Shown: in pieces, positions 35,301 to 48,500 of the stretch | Layout: each line of letters opens with the position of its first letter | Numbering within the stretch: position 1 is the stretch's first letter | Source: Acanthaster planci | Taxonomy: Eukaryota | Length of the DNA: 64,000 nt | Direction: 5' to 3' | Assembly: GCF_001949145.1 (NCBI RefSeq) | Contig: NW_019091359.1 | Coordinates: 62,001 to 126,000 of the forward strand | Notes under the pieces: model-generated | Databases searched by the model: none | Told to the model about the DNA's origin: nothing | Seen by the model: only the letters and a program-made list of their open reading frames with translations | Position numbers and translations under genes: made by a program

Positions 35301-38300
35301 GTGCTCAGACCTAACTGTGCACCGTTCCGTTTTGTCATTGTAATTTTGTCTTGCGCTGCAGCGCTGTAATGTACATGTAGGCCTAATTGCGGATTGCGTG
35401 AGTGCGGGTGTCATAAGCATGGCTGGTGGATGAACGAGGCCTATTTGGCTGAAAAATGGCTGCCCCGTTTACCTGCCAACAATTCAAGATGTTTTTGTGG
35501 TAAAGTATTAACAATGCACAATGTGTACCTATCCTAGCAAACAGAGTGAAAAAATGTTGCATCCTGACTCCATCCATTTCAGCAGTGGTGTACAAAGTCT
35601 ATGGGGAGTGAAGAGAATTTTCCAAGTATTTTCCAACAACATTGGTAAATGTTTCTCAGTCCAGAATTTGTGTCTTTCCAGCATTTCTGTAATGACTGAC
35701 TTTTATTGAGATGATATATGATGAGAAAAGTGGAGTCAGAATGCAACATTGTTTCCCAATCCAAGAGACTTTCACTTTCTTGTAGTGACCTGTCTCCATC
35801 CAGTTTGTTTTATGCCTTTGATGTGGACTCTTGTTGAGTACAGTGTAGGAATATGTAATGTATGTTGGTTGGGCGTGATGTTGAGCTTTGTTAATGCTAA
35901 GGTACCCATTTAGATTTATGGTAGGCCTGTTTTTTTACCTAAATATGCTAAATGTGTTAGTTTTTGGTAGTTTCCTTGTCATGCCGTCAATTTTTTTTTA
36001 GGGGGGGACCACTATAGTTCGTGTTGGAAGTCACAAACAGTGTGATTTGCATACCAATTGGTTAAGCTTCTGTCACGTCTGTCTTGGGCAGTCATTACTT
36101 ATAAGACACCTCTCCATTCTACAGTGCTGTATCACTCATTTTTTAAAACTTCTCAGAAGATGTGTGCGAGTACAAGATAACCTCAGCAGCCTCAGAAAGT
36201 CTTCTTTCTGCACAACTGAAAGATCAAAGAGTCCTTTTAGGGTGGACATTGCTCAAAAGAATTCTTACCAAGTTTGGCAGATGAGGCCACATGAGTGGCA
36301 GGATCCATAAAAAGTAAGGATTTCTCTGCCTTGTATGTAAATACAGTGTCACATGGCACTTTGCTTTCGTTTGACTCTCATCTGTGTCAATGGGCCTGAG
36401 AGCAGTAGCATAGAAATTATGTGCTGCTATAAATCAGCACAAAAGCCAGCCTGATGTACAATATACATATACATGTATGCATATATGTGCACAAGTTGAA
36501 TTGGCTAACTGATGAAATACATCAAATCCCTCTGTGGATTTGCCACTGCCACTGTGAGTGGCAGAACATAATTACATGTATTCCTATATCAGCTCTGTTT
36601 TATTAAAGCCTCTAAATCTGCTACCCTGAGATGCCATGAAATTCTCAACCTACACTTCATTGATTAAATTTTGAAAAGTTGGCGAAAGTTTTATGGAAAC
36701 TTAAGTCACTCCTTTTGTATTTTCTCCAGGCTTGTAGCTTTGCTGAATTCAGCAGAAATCAATTTTACACAGCGTTGAGGCTGTCAACTTGAGTAACCTG
36801 GGTGATTGAATAGTCACCGAAAGTTTTACTACAAAAACATATCCTCATCCAAGATCATGAGAAGGGTCATATGAAATTGCCTAGTCTAAACAGTTGGAAA
36901 ACAAATTGCTAAGCCTGTGTATTTTCAGGTTTTCTTACAGATCACCTGCCGAATGGATCAAAATCCAACACATGAGAATCAAAGCCAGCCGAGTGCAAAA
37001 AATGCAACAGGGAGGGTTTTATTGCATAGCGCACACTGCTGAGTTGAGACACTGTGAAACTTAGTGTGCACCGTGCGGGTTTTGTTGACTGCTAAATGAA
37101 TCTAGCCATGCAGCTGTGTCTGCTGAATTTGACGTGGTCAGGGTTAAAGCTGTAACGTTCATGTGGATGTGTGGTCACAAGTGTATTTTCTTTTCAGAGG
37201 AAAAGCCAGGGTGTGTATGGTTTGGGTATGTAAAAGGCCATAAACAGCAACATCCCAACCACTTCTGGGAACATTTTTTTTTTTTTTTGTGGAGAAAAGT
37301 TCAGTACTACAGTCTACCAATCTCAGTGATCTGGTTTCAGAAGATTTGCATGACTACTGATAGGGATGTATAGATATTGGTTTGTCGTAATGTCAACGGT
37401 TAGTGATCAGGAACCACTTTACATGAGTTGTTGCAGCTATATTGTACACATATGCAATAGTTACGTTCATTCACATCCTGTCCGCATGCTGTGTGTGTAT
37501 GTATGTGTACATGGCATGTTTTTGTCAGCAACATTGTTACTTACAGTACATTCTCTTGTATTTGTTCTCATATTTTGGAGATACATTTATGACAGTTCAT
37601 TTTTTTGGGCAGTTGGACATCATGTGTTGTCTGCAAGTTCACTCTCCCCGTGCCTGAAATATTTGTGTGTGTGTGTCAGGTATAGTCAGATATGCAACTG
37701 TACGTGTACAATGCATGTATACAAAACACCGTGATGCTGCATTTCAACATTGTCATGAAATCTGCCTGTGATTCCTGCTCTGTTCTACATGTACTTGTTG
37801 AAATTTCTGGAAATTTTCTATGAAAAAAAATCAGGGAGTTAGATGCAAGGATTATGAGTGCTCGGTCTGTTTGATGTAAGTCTGTGATTCTCTCCTCATG
37901 CATATGAATGTAGATCCAGCAACATGTACACACATGTAGACAACCCAGCATCTCTGTCATTTATTAGAATGTCAGGGAGCTCTCATAACAGTTGCATAAA
38001 TCTTTGTCATGCGATTGATGAATACCGGTGGTTCACAATAGTGTGCCACCAAGAGTTTGCAACGTGTTGGCCAATCATAACGCGCGAAATTTGTTGACCC
38101 TTTCCAAACGGGCATTGGGTCGACAAATTTTCTCACATTTTGATTTGCCAACGCATTGCAAACTCTTGGTGGGGCACTATTGTGAAACGGCCGTATTACA
38201 TGACATGGAATAATCCTCCCGGTGCATAGTGTGCACCTGCACTGGCAAAAATGCCATTCTTGACGAATGCCCGCTATGCACGGTTGCTCCGTAGATTGTG

Positions 38301-41300
38301 CTGCAGTGCAGCTGTTCAGACAAAATGGCCAACTCCTAATCCCGACCATCCTCAATCCTTCAAAATCCTCCGGGTGGTTTTGAAGGATTTTGGAGGACTG
38401 ATGCTGCATGGCAAAATTGCATTGCTGATTGCGAAGCATGCATTGTCTCGAGGTTGTGGGTTAGACCTTGTGGTGTTCCTGTTCAGCCATGCATAAATTC
38501 ATGCCCACATAATATGTGAAATCCTCCATACTGCTCCTGGATTCTATTCACACTGCCTCAGCATAATGAGAGGGATTACCAGAGGTTTTTGAAGTAGGCA
38601 CCCCTCCACAGAACATATGCAATATTATTGTAGGATTTTGGAGGACTGAGGCTGTATCCAAGTTTTTTTTCGGGGGGGGGACGGTCAGTTTGATAATTTT
38701 GAAGGCTCAAGGTTTTATCCTAGCAGAAAGGGCCTAGAAGGTTAGCGTTAATGATAGATGTAAGGTTGTCTTCTTTCTGGTAATGTAATGCTGATACTGC
38801 AAATGTATAAAGAAAAACAATCCACTTTGTTATCAGATAATTAGAGGAATTTGCCAGCCATTCATGAGCAGTCTTTGAGGTAATAATTGATCAGAACTTC
38901 CGCAAGGGAAAATGCCAAGTACGTATACATGCAAGTTACCAATCTGATGACAGAAATTTATGCAGGCATTGTACAAAATAAATCATGAATGTTTCACAGT
39001 AATGTGGTGGATAGAGACTAATTCCATTTAAAGATAAATGAAATGATCCATTCTGCTTGGTTTTGCTCCATAGAATGGAACATGCGGTCTTTCATGTCAT
39101 AAAAATAATATTCTTGTTGCAGCTACGTTGAACATGAGTGTGATAGTAACATTCGTTCACATCTTATCCACATGCTGTGTGCATACCTGTATGTGTACAT
39201 TACATTCAACTTGGCTCTGTCTAGTGGAAAGAGCATTCTGCCAGGCCCTTCATACTGTGTAGGTTACAGACAGCATAAATAATAGAGTACCAAGCCTCTG
39301 CGCTAGATATATCGCATAACATCAGTGAACTGTAACTGGAACTGTACAGACTGCTATGGGAACCGTGGAAGATGCTGCTGTGAGTAGGCACACTTTCATT
39401 CAATGCAGAGTGTATGCCACTTTTTTTTCGATTGAATGTGCACAAAGGCTTTCCCGTACCATCTTTGCGTGACAGGTATAGACCTTGCGCGGGACACACG
39501 GTTACAAAATGCTCATCGGTACCAGTGGTATTCCACATTACATTAGACTAACGCATGGTGTCCATAGCTGCCAGTAAAACTTAGAAGCTGTAATGCAAAA
39601 CACTTCCTGCCTGCTCATATTGATATGGACAGGTCACCAGTCTAGGAGACACAACTCCCAAGTAGACTCACAGAAGCAAGAACTTGGTAAAGAGGTTAGA
39701 AAATAACCTAATATTTATTCACGTTTATGTGCATGCATTGCTTGTGGCCTGACAATACACAAATTTGTACATTGACACATTAGCTCTGTGTAAGTGTACA
39801 CGTTCCAGAATAGTTTTTTTTGGGGGGAGGGAAAATTTGCAAAGATTGCATCGTTATTGGCTTTTTCAAGTATGGGAAAGATAAATGGGGCTTTTAGCAG
39901 GCTTTAGGGGAGAAAGGACATAAATCATCCCCATAAGTGTAACATGAAAAAAAAGGTAATACGGGAGGGCTGGCCCTGTCTGCTCTTCTGGATTTGATAC
40001 TATTTGACTGATACTATGTTCACATGTACAGTTGCTGCATACAAGTGCTACTGTGGAATCACATGCATTTGAATACAATAGTGGTTGTATTTTTTCTCTT
40101 ATTTGAATATTAATCCAGTTGTATCCATAGGACCTTTGTTATGTTGCCGGGTCATTCCATGAGGTTGGGGCACAGTTTGTAAACGGTGTCCAATGTTACG
40201 TGAGTTCCATAAAATGAACAGCTGTTTCCCTGCATGTGAATTACAAGTGATGCATCTTGCAAGGCTGAATATTGAGGTGTGTGTTAATTTTACAGAGTAA
40301 ATGACCTGCATGTATTCTACAGGTCATTTGACAGGTGGTGAAAGTTACCCTCGTAACAAGGACACTGTCACAAATTGTGCCCCAACCTCAAGGAAGGACC
40401 CTGCTGCATTGGGCATTGCAGTCAGAATGACCGTCTATGAACACATTGTTTGAATTCACACTGATTCATCTTTGGTTTCCAACGTGTTATATTTCTGATT
40501 GATACCACGAATCCTTGATAATCCACCAAATTAAATTATGCTTCGTAGCTGGCATGCTGGTTTTCCTCAGTGCGCATTTTTTTGGCAGTAATAAATTCTG
40601 AATTTATTGGTTGTGGATTTTGTGGTTTGGCATAATTTGTATTCAGACATATGTAATGATATGGCTGTCATTCTGTGCACAGATTTCTAATGTTTTATTC
40701 AGTATCAGAATCTTCGAAACACGTATGTTCATGAACGCGTGCGAATGTGTATGCATGAGACATTTATGCGCATACTTACTGTATGATAGGCCAAAAACTG
40801 CATGTGCCTGTTTCTAGATATAATGACTATTAGTAAACAATATTGCTATTGTTTTACCCGGGGGAGGCTCTTGCTTTTCTGACTCAATGTTTACATGGTA
40901 CAGAGTGCATGAAACTTCTAGGAGTATGGGCCCTTCTGAGGGTTTGTCCTCATCACATTGCTTGGCCAGGATTTCCTGACGTTATCCCAGGTTTTTGTTG
41001 CTGGGTATTCAATCCAGAGTTCCTGGCATTCCAAGCATCTGCAAAGTTTGCCTCAGTTTCAATTCCCAGTGCTCAGAAACTTAAGAAACAAAACCAAAAC
41101 CTGAGAAGTTATAAATTGCATTGGCAACTGAAACCTGGATGAAATCCATAGTTTCCCTTTTTTTTTTTCAAATGTAACCCCAGGGCACACCCTGAATCCT
41201 CCAAAATCCTCTAGTGGCCCTAGTCCAAAAATTACATTCATCCGCAATCCTCCAATCGTGTGTTTAAAATGAGAGGTACCCAGCTCCTCGGTCCTTCAAA

Positions 41301-42460
41301 ATCCTCCGGCAATTCCTGCCATTATGTTGAAGCATTGCAAATGGCTTTCTCGTTCAGTACGTTGATTTTAAAGTAATGTCGGGCTCAATTTATGCATAAC
41401 TACATGTAAGTATAGACAACACAAGATTCAACCTGGGAACTTTACACATGGCATCTTTCACAATCAGCCATACACTTTTGCCATTCATCCTCATTCCTCC
41501 AAAATTCTCCAAACCTGCCCAAAGGACTTTAAAGGATTGAGGAGGGTTAGGGTTAATGGAAGTTCAGACTACATGTACATGTAGCAGAGCCAGAAATTCA
41601 ATACTTCACCTGTAGCCGATTAAAACAAATGAATGTCATTTGGAACATTTATGAAATGCAAACTGCAGCATATTTCACCAACTATGCAGAATTTGGTGCA
41701 GCAGTGCAGCACGTTTTCATGTAAACAACTTGGACCAGAACAATTGTTCTCGTGATAGTTGTCTTGAGGCATTCATATGTAGCAAAACAGTCAAAAAATT
41801 ATATGTACACCTGCCATTTTGAAAATGTCAACTCTCAACCCTTTCATAGGTAACTGTGCCATTCCATAGATCAGGAAGACAAAGCTACAGATATCTAGTG
41901 ACGAGTGCACATGCCCTTTCTGAAAAGTCACAGTTTCCCTGTCATCTGTTGATGGTGTTGTTTGTTTCAGATAATATGCCTTTTAAAATGGGTGCATAAG
42001 TTGTCCCAACCGTTATTTGTGGTACCATTTGCAAGCCTGTGCACTGTGTACCTTTCGTGTAATGCATCGTAAGTTGTTGCACTACCTGTGCTGTGAAATG
42101 TGATATAAAGTTAGGCCATTGTGTACACGTAAGAGTAGAGACCATGAACAGTAGAAGTATTGCTTAAAGGCGTTTCCATTAATGAGCAGGAATGCATATG
42201 TATCTTCCTGCCTATACCCTATTTTTTAAATCATATTTATTTGTATATTTGTTGGTCAAATTAATTCCATAGTGGGGCAAGTACCCCTCCCTCCTTGGCA
42301 CCCATGTATCAGTAACTAGCGGCCCTGTATATTTAAAATGGCCCTTTTTCGCCGTCAAGTAGTCCGTCAAGATAGTCCGGTAAAAGCAAGTTGGCCTGAT
42401 AGTGTCACTTCTGGACTGATAAGTGTTTTTTGGGGGGTTGTAATCACATCTTACAGGAGG

Positions 42461-42589
42461 ATGATTAAGAAGTCGGAGCCTGATGGCGAGAGCGGAGAGA
42501 AAGAAGAGGAAGGCGGAGGGGGAGAGAAGACCAAGAAGCGATCAGAGACCCCCACCAAGGCCAAGGTGGTCAAGTGGCAATATGATGCC
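42461..42589 (+). CDS. EIF4ENIF1: 4E-T coding exon 1 (ends with the Tyr of the eIF4E-binding motif)
   Basis: ttacag acceptor at 42456, MIKKSEP...KWQYDA, gtaagt donor. Confidence 0.8.
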
Positions 42590-45500
42590 GTAAGTGAACT
42601 CTCTGCAGGAATCGGGGGGAACTGTTTTAATAGTGTGACCACGTGGAGAGGTTGACATTTGCATTGTTTTTCGTGTATCGCACTGCGCACGACCTTTACA
42701 GCAAGAGCTAAACGAGAAGTTACCATTAATGTGACTTCAGAGTATGGAAACCTCATCCCTCAAAGGATGACTTGCCAATCTGCATACACAAGTTATTCTT
42801 TTTTTCCAGCAATACATGCACGAGAGAACCATATCTGACATTTCTGACCGCATGACTTTTGTCTTGCATCAAAATGTGATATTCATAGAAGTACAACGAT
42901 GTAGGTCCATATATTCAATCAGATTCACGAGGTGATCCGTCTTGTTTTGATGATATTGTCTTGGTGACATACATGTGTGGGGTTGTCAGAATTTTCCAAT
43001 GTGGAAGGTTTGAGGGGGCTCAATGTTACAGCTGTGGGGTAGTCAAAAGAGATTTTCAGCTTGAGGTTAACTGTTGTTGTTTTGTTGGGGGAGGGGGACA
43101 TTTGGATACAATGAATCCTAACACTCAAGGCTCTTCTCGCTTGGATGCATTCAACATCCTGCAACTGTCCCCAGGAAAAAAAAACTTGCTCCCCAAAAGT
43201 CCATTTCTTGCATGTGTTCCTGGAGGAGTTGCCACTGCATCGATCATTCAAAATATTCGGGCAAGTCCCGTCATTGCGTTGAGGCAGTGCAAATGATATG
43301 CCAGAGCAGCGGGGATGTTTTCAAATAAAATTTAAGCCTGACTTCATGCACAGCTGAGCATGAACAACACAAGGTCTTACCCAAGATCTCGACACAATGC
43401 ATTCTTTGTCATCAGCCACACGTTTTTGCCATTTAGCCTCAATCCTACAGAATCCTGCAAAATCTACCCAGAGGATTTTCAAGGATTGAGGAAGGTCAGG
43501 GTTCAACATGTTACTGTCTGCAGACTAGAATATGCACTGTGGGTTTAAGAAAAATTAATCCTTGTGGCCATCGGTGTCTGTCTGACTATAACGTTCTCTT
43601 TGATATCATTGGCAGGATGCATTGCACAAGCTTCGATACAGCCCAGGTACCAAGAAGAGACCCCTGTGCTTAGCTGAGGAGTATTGCGAGTGAGTATAGG
43701 ACTGAACTACTTTGATACCGGGGGTCATTTGCAGTTAATTGGGCATTGCTGACTGTGTTAAGGGCACTATGGGCCTGAAGGCTAGATGAAACTTGGCACA
43801 AAAGTGAATACTGCACAGATCAAGCATCTGTGACCTGTCAGGACAAAGTGAGAGTAAAGTCGCATCCCACTTTTTCCTGTTTTGAGGGTTCAATGTCATT
43901 TTGAAGTAGAGGTCAATTTGGGAGGTTCTTAACATTTGGAAAGAGTAATCTGCCTCCTATTTAATTCCAAATATTTTGCAGAATCTCATGTTTAAAATGT
44001 CATTTTCTTAGCAATTTTTACGATAGCATTATTTGTGCCTGGTCTGAAATGTTGAAACAGTGTCAGGAACAAAGACGCAAAGCTGCCAGAATAATGCCAC
44101 ATGGTCACCTTATACTTTTACCCTAAGTATTTCATGTACGTACGATTGGAAAGCTCTCTTTCTGCTGAATTAAAAAATACCAATATCTCAGTTTTTGAAA
44201 ATTCCGACTTTCAGCTCATTTTGTGGTGACAGGTCACAGTTGTGCTGTGGATTCCAAACAGTCGAATGCACATCGCGTTACATGAATTTTGCTGCAAATG
44301 GTTTGTGATGGGAATATCGCTTGACTCCGGCATTCACCTGAAGCTTTTACACCTACCACAGATCCCCTAGTGTTCTCCAAAAGCCATGATTGCCATGGTG
44401 GAGGCATAACTTTGCGCAGAGTGCACACTTTCAAGAATATAGAGTGCTGGGTTCACAGTTGTCAAAGTCACTGTCCTACCTTCATGCCATGTGTTAGCTT
44501 GCTAGTCTTAACAGTTTTGGATCACAATTTTGCTGTGACGGAATAAGAAGCGATTTATAAACAGTCATTTGCTCATAGTTAAAAATTTGATCCATCTGTT
44601 CTAAGATGTTTGTGTAATGATTTGACTTTCACTCCAGTGAAATGTGCATGAAATTGTGCTCGTGGATTTTTTTCCCCGCCAGTGATAATGGTATTTGGGA
44701 TCCAGAGAAGTGGCATGCTGCATTATCAGGGAAGAGGTCACGTGGTCCTTCACCTTTGACCCTCCAGGAAGGAGGTCGGGACAGAAAGAAATTTCCAGGT
44801 TTGAGAACTTTCTGAATTTCTGTTTTTGTCGCTGCTGTCTTCATTTTAGGAGCAAAGATCATATTTCATCCCTTTCAGCAGTTGTTGCAAGTCACATTTC
44901 TTCACAATTATACTCGTTTTAAGTTTTAAGACATGAAAATACGTAAGTAGCTGTGCAAAAGCTTTACATTTCCAATGCACCCTTTTTACTGCTCCATAAT
45001 ACCGGCTCTCAAGATACTTTTGATCGAAACCTTCCCAAATCCTCCAAATCATTGCACTGTACACATTCTTTGTACTTGAGCATTCAAGTAGTTGGACTTG
45101 TACGCCAGCATTTCTACATGGGGAGCTGGGCTGTACTGTAAAGCCTGCAAAGGCAGCCATAATCTCCTGATGAATTTTGACAGATCTGGGTTACGGTCAG
45201 GAGTTGCAGCATGTTTTTTTGGCAGGTTTTTTTTTCGTCATAAATCGTTGCTGGCAATGCACGTGGCACAAGGTGTGATCTCTGCAACAGTGTCTTTTAG
45301 CATGAGCATGAAAAATGATGTATTGTTATTGCAGCCGTGTTGTCGGATCTGTGAAAAGTTTTAAGGAGTTTCTTCTCAAGAGTTCCCTCTTTGATTGAGC
45401 TTTTAAGGGCTTTGCAATTGTCTGATGATTCCGGACTTGTGATCAAGTATGTGACAAATTGTTCATAATTGTCATAAACATTCAAGTGAATGTTGACAAA

Positions 45501-48500
45501 ACGATTCCGTTGTTTTGTCGTTGACTGGATTACAACTCTGATTGATTTCATGCACCCCACTAATTGGTCATTTTCCATGTCAGGTGATGTCAAAGATCGC
45601 CTGAAAGACGATAAGGACGGTATCATTCTGAGCCCCCAGCGGCGTAGCTTCGGCCACGGCTGCAGCGTCACCACCCCGCTCAACACCTCCCTGCCCGCCC
45701 ACCTGGGTGCCAACTTCAGCGAGCGGGGAGAGGGGAAGGAGGCGGTGGCCCGCAGCGTGCCCGCCCGGCGCATTGGCAGCGGCCGCATCATTACCCGCAA
45801 CCGCTCGCTGGACCAGGAGGAGTCCGAGACGCGGGAGCGGAGGGAGGCTGGGAGATACGAGGACAGGGGGAACCAGAGGGTGTACAGCAGGCGGGGTAGC
45901 TACGGCAATGCGGACCGGTCATGTGAGTAGGAGTGGTTCCATGGGGGGTGTTGGGCTTTTGTGACTCATGGACCTTGGGTTCGAATCCAGCAGCTGGTTA
46001 CATGTTGTGACCTTTGGCAAGACACTTTCCTCCTTCTTGTATCTCTCCACCCAGGAGTCTAAATAGGTACATGTACCTGTAAATGTAGACGTGGTCACTG
46101 TGTTTGATTTGCACCTAAAATGCAAGTATCGAGCTGTATGCTCCCCAGGGTGCTGAGATGCTTTTTGGAATATTCATAGGCCAGTCGAGCAAGGATCATA
46201 GTAATGTTTGATACCCTAACCCTCCTATGCTGAAGTCACTTTTTGGGTCATTTGGTGAACACCTCAAAGAAGCACAGCTGTGTCGTGTTGCGCACTGCAC
46301 GAACAGTCCCTCACAGGAATATCNNNNNNNNNNNNNNNNNNNNNNNNNNNNNNNNNNNNNNNNNNNNNNNNNNNNNNNNNNNNNNNNNNNNNNNNNNNNN
46401 NNNNNNNNNNNNNNNNNNNNNNNNNNNNNNNNNNNNNNNNCATTGAACCTGTGCATGTTTTAGTTCCATATAGAAACTACATGCTCACTAGTGACTGTGG
46501 GCATTTGTGCACATTTGTGCTGTAAAACCAAAGGAGATTTAATAAGATTTGATTGGATGTGCGTGTTTTAAGTCTGTAGTATTATTTTATCGGATTTGAG
46601 GTCCATGGTTGCATGATTTCTGCAGGTAGTTAGGTCGTGTTGCTTGTGTCCTCAAGCACGACACTTTATCGGGAATTGCTTCTCTCCTTGCTGAGTTAAG
46701 TACATAAAATTAGCTTTTTGCATTTGAAATAGCTGCATCAAGTTGTGAACTCCGTAGGGGCTGATGTGGGTTGAAGAATATTTGTGGGTCAGTGAGCACC
46801 AGAATTATCATTTAGAAATATGCATCATTTATAACTTTTCACTGGAGAATTTCTGTCTGTGAGGTAAATCTTGATTTTGCTTTTTAACCGTAGCACTTCT
46901 TTGATTCAGCAGTGTTGGGTGTCTGTACATCCTCAGGTTGGGAGGGCTGTCGTGAGATGAAAGTTTCAAACATTGATGCATCTGTCTTCTATATGTGGTT
47001 TTTTTAATCAATCTAGGGAGGACCCCAAAACAAGAGGAGCCTGAGTGGTTCACTGAAGGTCCTGAGAGCCAGTCAGACACTATCGTGCTTCGTGGTTTCA
47101 GCAGTAAACTCCTCGAAGACAGCGATAGTGACGCAGAAACCAAGGAAGCTGGAGGTGGGTAGGGTTCTCTGCTCCAGGGCACAACCCATTCAGAGGATAG
47201 ATGTTTCTCTTGACCATCTGAGCTGGAATCTTGACCTTGAAAGAGTCAGGGGTGGGAACCCTTGTACATGGGCCTTTCAAACTCCTGTTCAGCTGTCTGG
47301 AGTTTTTGGCTATCTTGTTGTGATTTTGACACCAATTTCATGAAAATTGAACCTACCCTTCTTGCTAAATGCCCATTTCTCCAAGAAAGGTTGGCCGGAA
47401 GGTCTGCTTGTCCATTGACCTGTGATCAGTTCACGGGCCAACACACATGGAAGTGTAAATAATAAATGACCGTAACAAAACCCTTTATCCGATAGAATGA
47501 AATCTTTACAGATTTACTTATACTGTATGTCTGTACATACATGCCAAGCTTCGTAAGGATCGGTCGTGGGATAGTGAAGATTTTAAGCCTTCACTGCTAT
47601 GAGAAGGTCTGGAAAAATTCATCTCTTATTTGGGCCAAATATGGATTCAAGTCGTGACCCAGATACTGAGTTCTTTTCTTGAATTCCTCATTTCTTCATA
47701 GGGCCGTCGGTTCAGAATCGCAACGGCAGCATGGAGACGGCCAGCTCCAGCTCCCCAGACCTGAGCCGGGAGAGACCAGAGACCATGCCAGATGCCCGGC
47801 CCAACACACCCGGCAAAGAGTTTGACATCAACGACTTCTTCAAGTTCGCCGATCAGATCCCCATGCCGGTGAGTGCCTCTTTCTCTGTCTGACCGCGATA
47901 CGCCCGCATCTGTGCCCGTGCGCTATTTTGGTCAAGTCCATCAGTGCAGATGTGTCGTAGGTTACTCTGAAGGAATGTGCCGTTGTCCTTCAAAACCATT
48001 TTGCTTGAAGATAAGCTTTTTGTCTTTAGGTAGTTAATCTGTCAGAGCGTTCAAATCACTTGACTGCTGGAAGTGACATGGGGCTAATATTTATGTTAGA
48101 ACATGGATATGTTCTAGAATGGTTGGAATAATAGATATGCTTTTACATTTGTTGAAGATCTAGTGCCCGATTCATTTGCTTCTTGATAGAATGTGAAGTT
48201 GTATGGAATCCCATTTTCCAATTGCTCCCATCTTTCTCGCTGTTGACAGATGGTAGCAAGCCCCGAGGAGACGGAGCGATCGGGCAAGAGTCGTTTCAGT
48301 CACCTGTTCACGTCGACAGTGAGCCGCAGCCGCAGTAACAGCAACAGCCGCAGCAATAGCAGGAAGTCCTCGCTGCACGAGGATGAGTTGGACTTCTTAA
48401 ATGGTATGGCTTTCAATTCGCCGGTGACGTGGGTCTGTCCTCGGCTGTTGACTGTTGCTGTCCATAAGCAGGACACTTTACCACAGACTTTACTTACCCC

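Noticed and set aside
36941..37042. Extra 4E-T first coding exon MDQNPTHENQ...
   Set aside because: The acceptor is good, but no donor in the phase needed to join 42457 and the frame hits a stop; at most a UTR exon or uORF.
45297..45800. Antisense ORFs overlapping 4E-T exons (also at 50523, 51456, 52018)
   Set aside because: Shadow ORFs of GC-rich coding exons.
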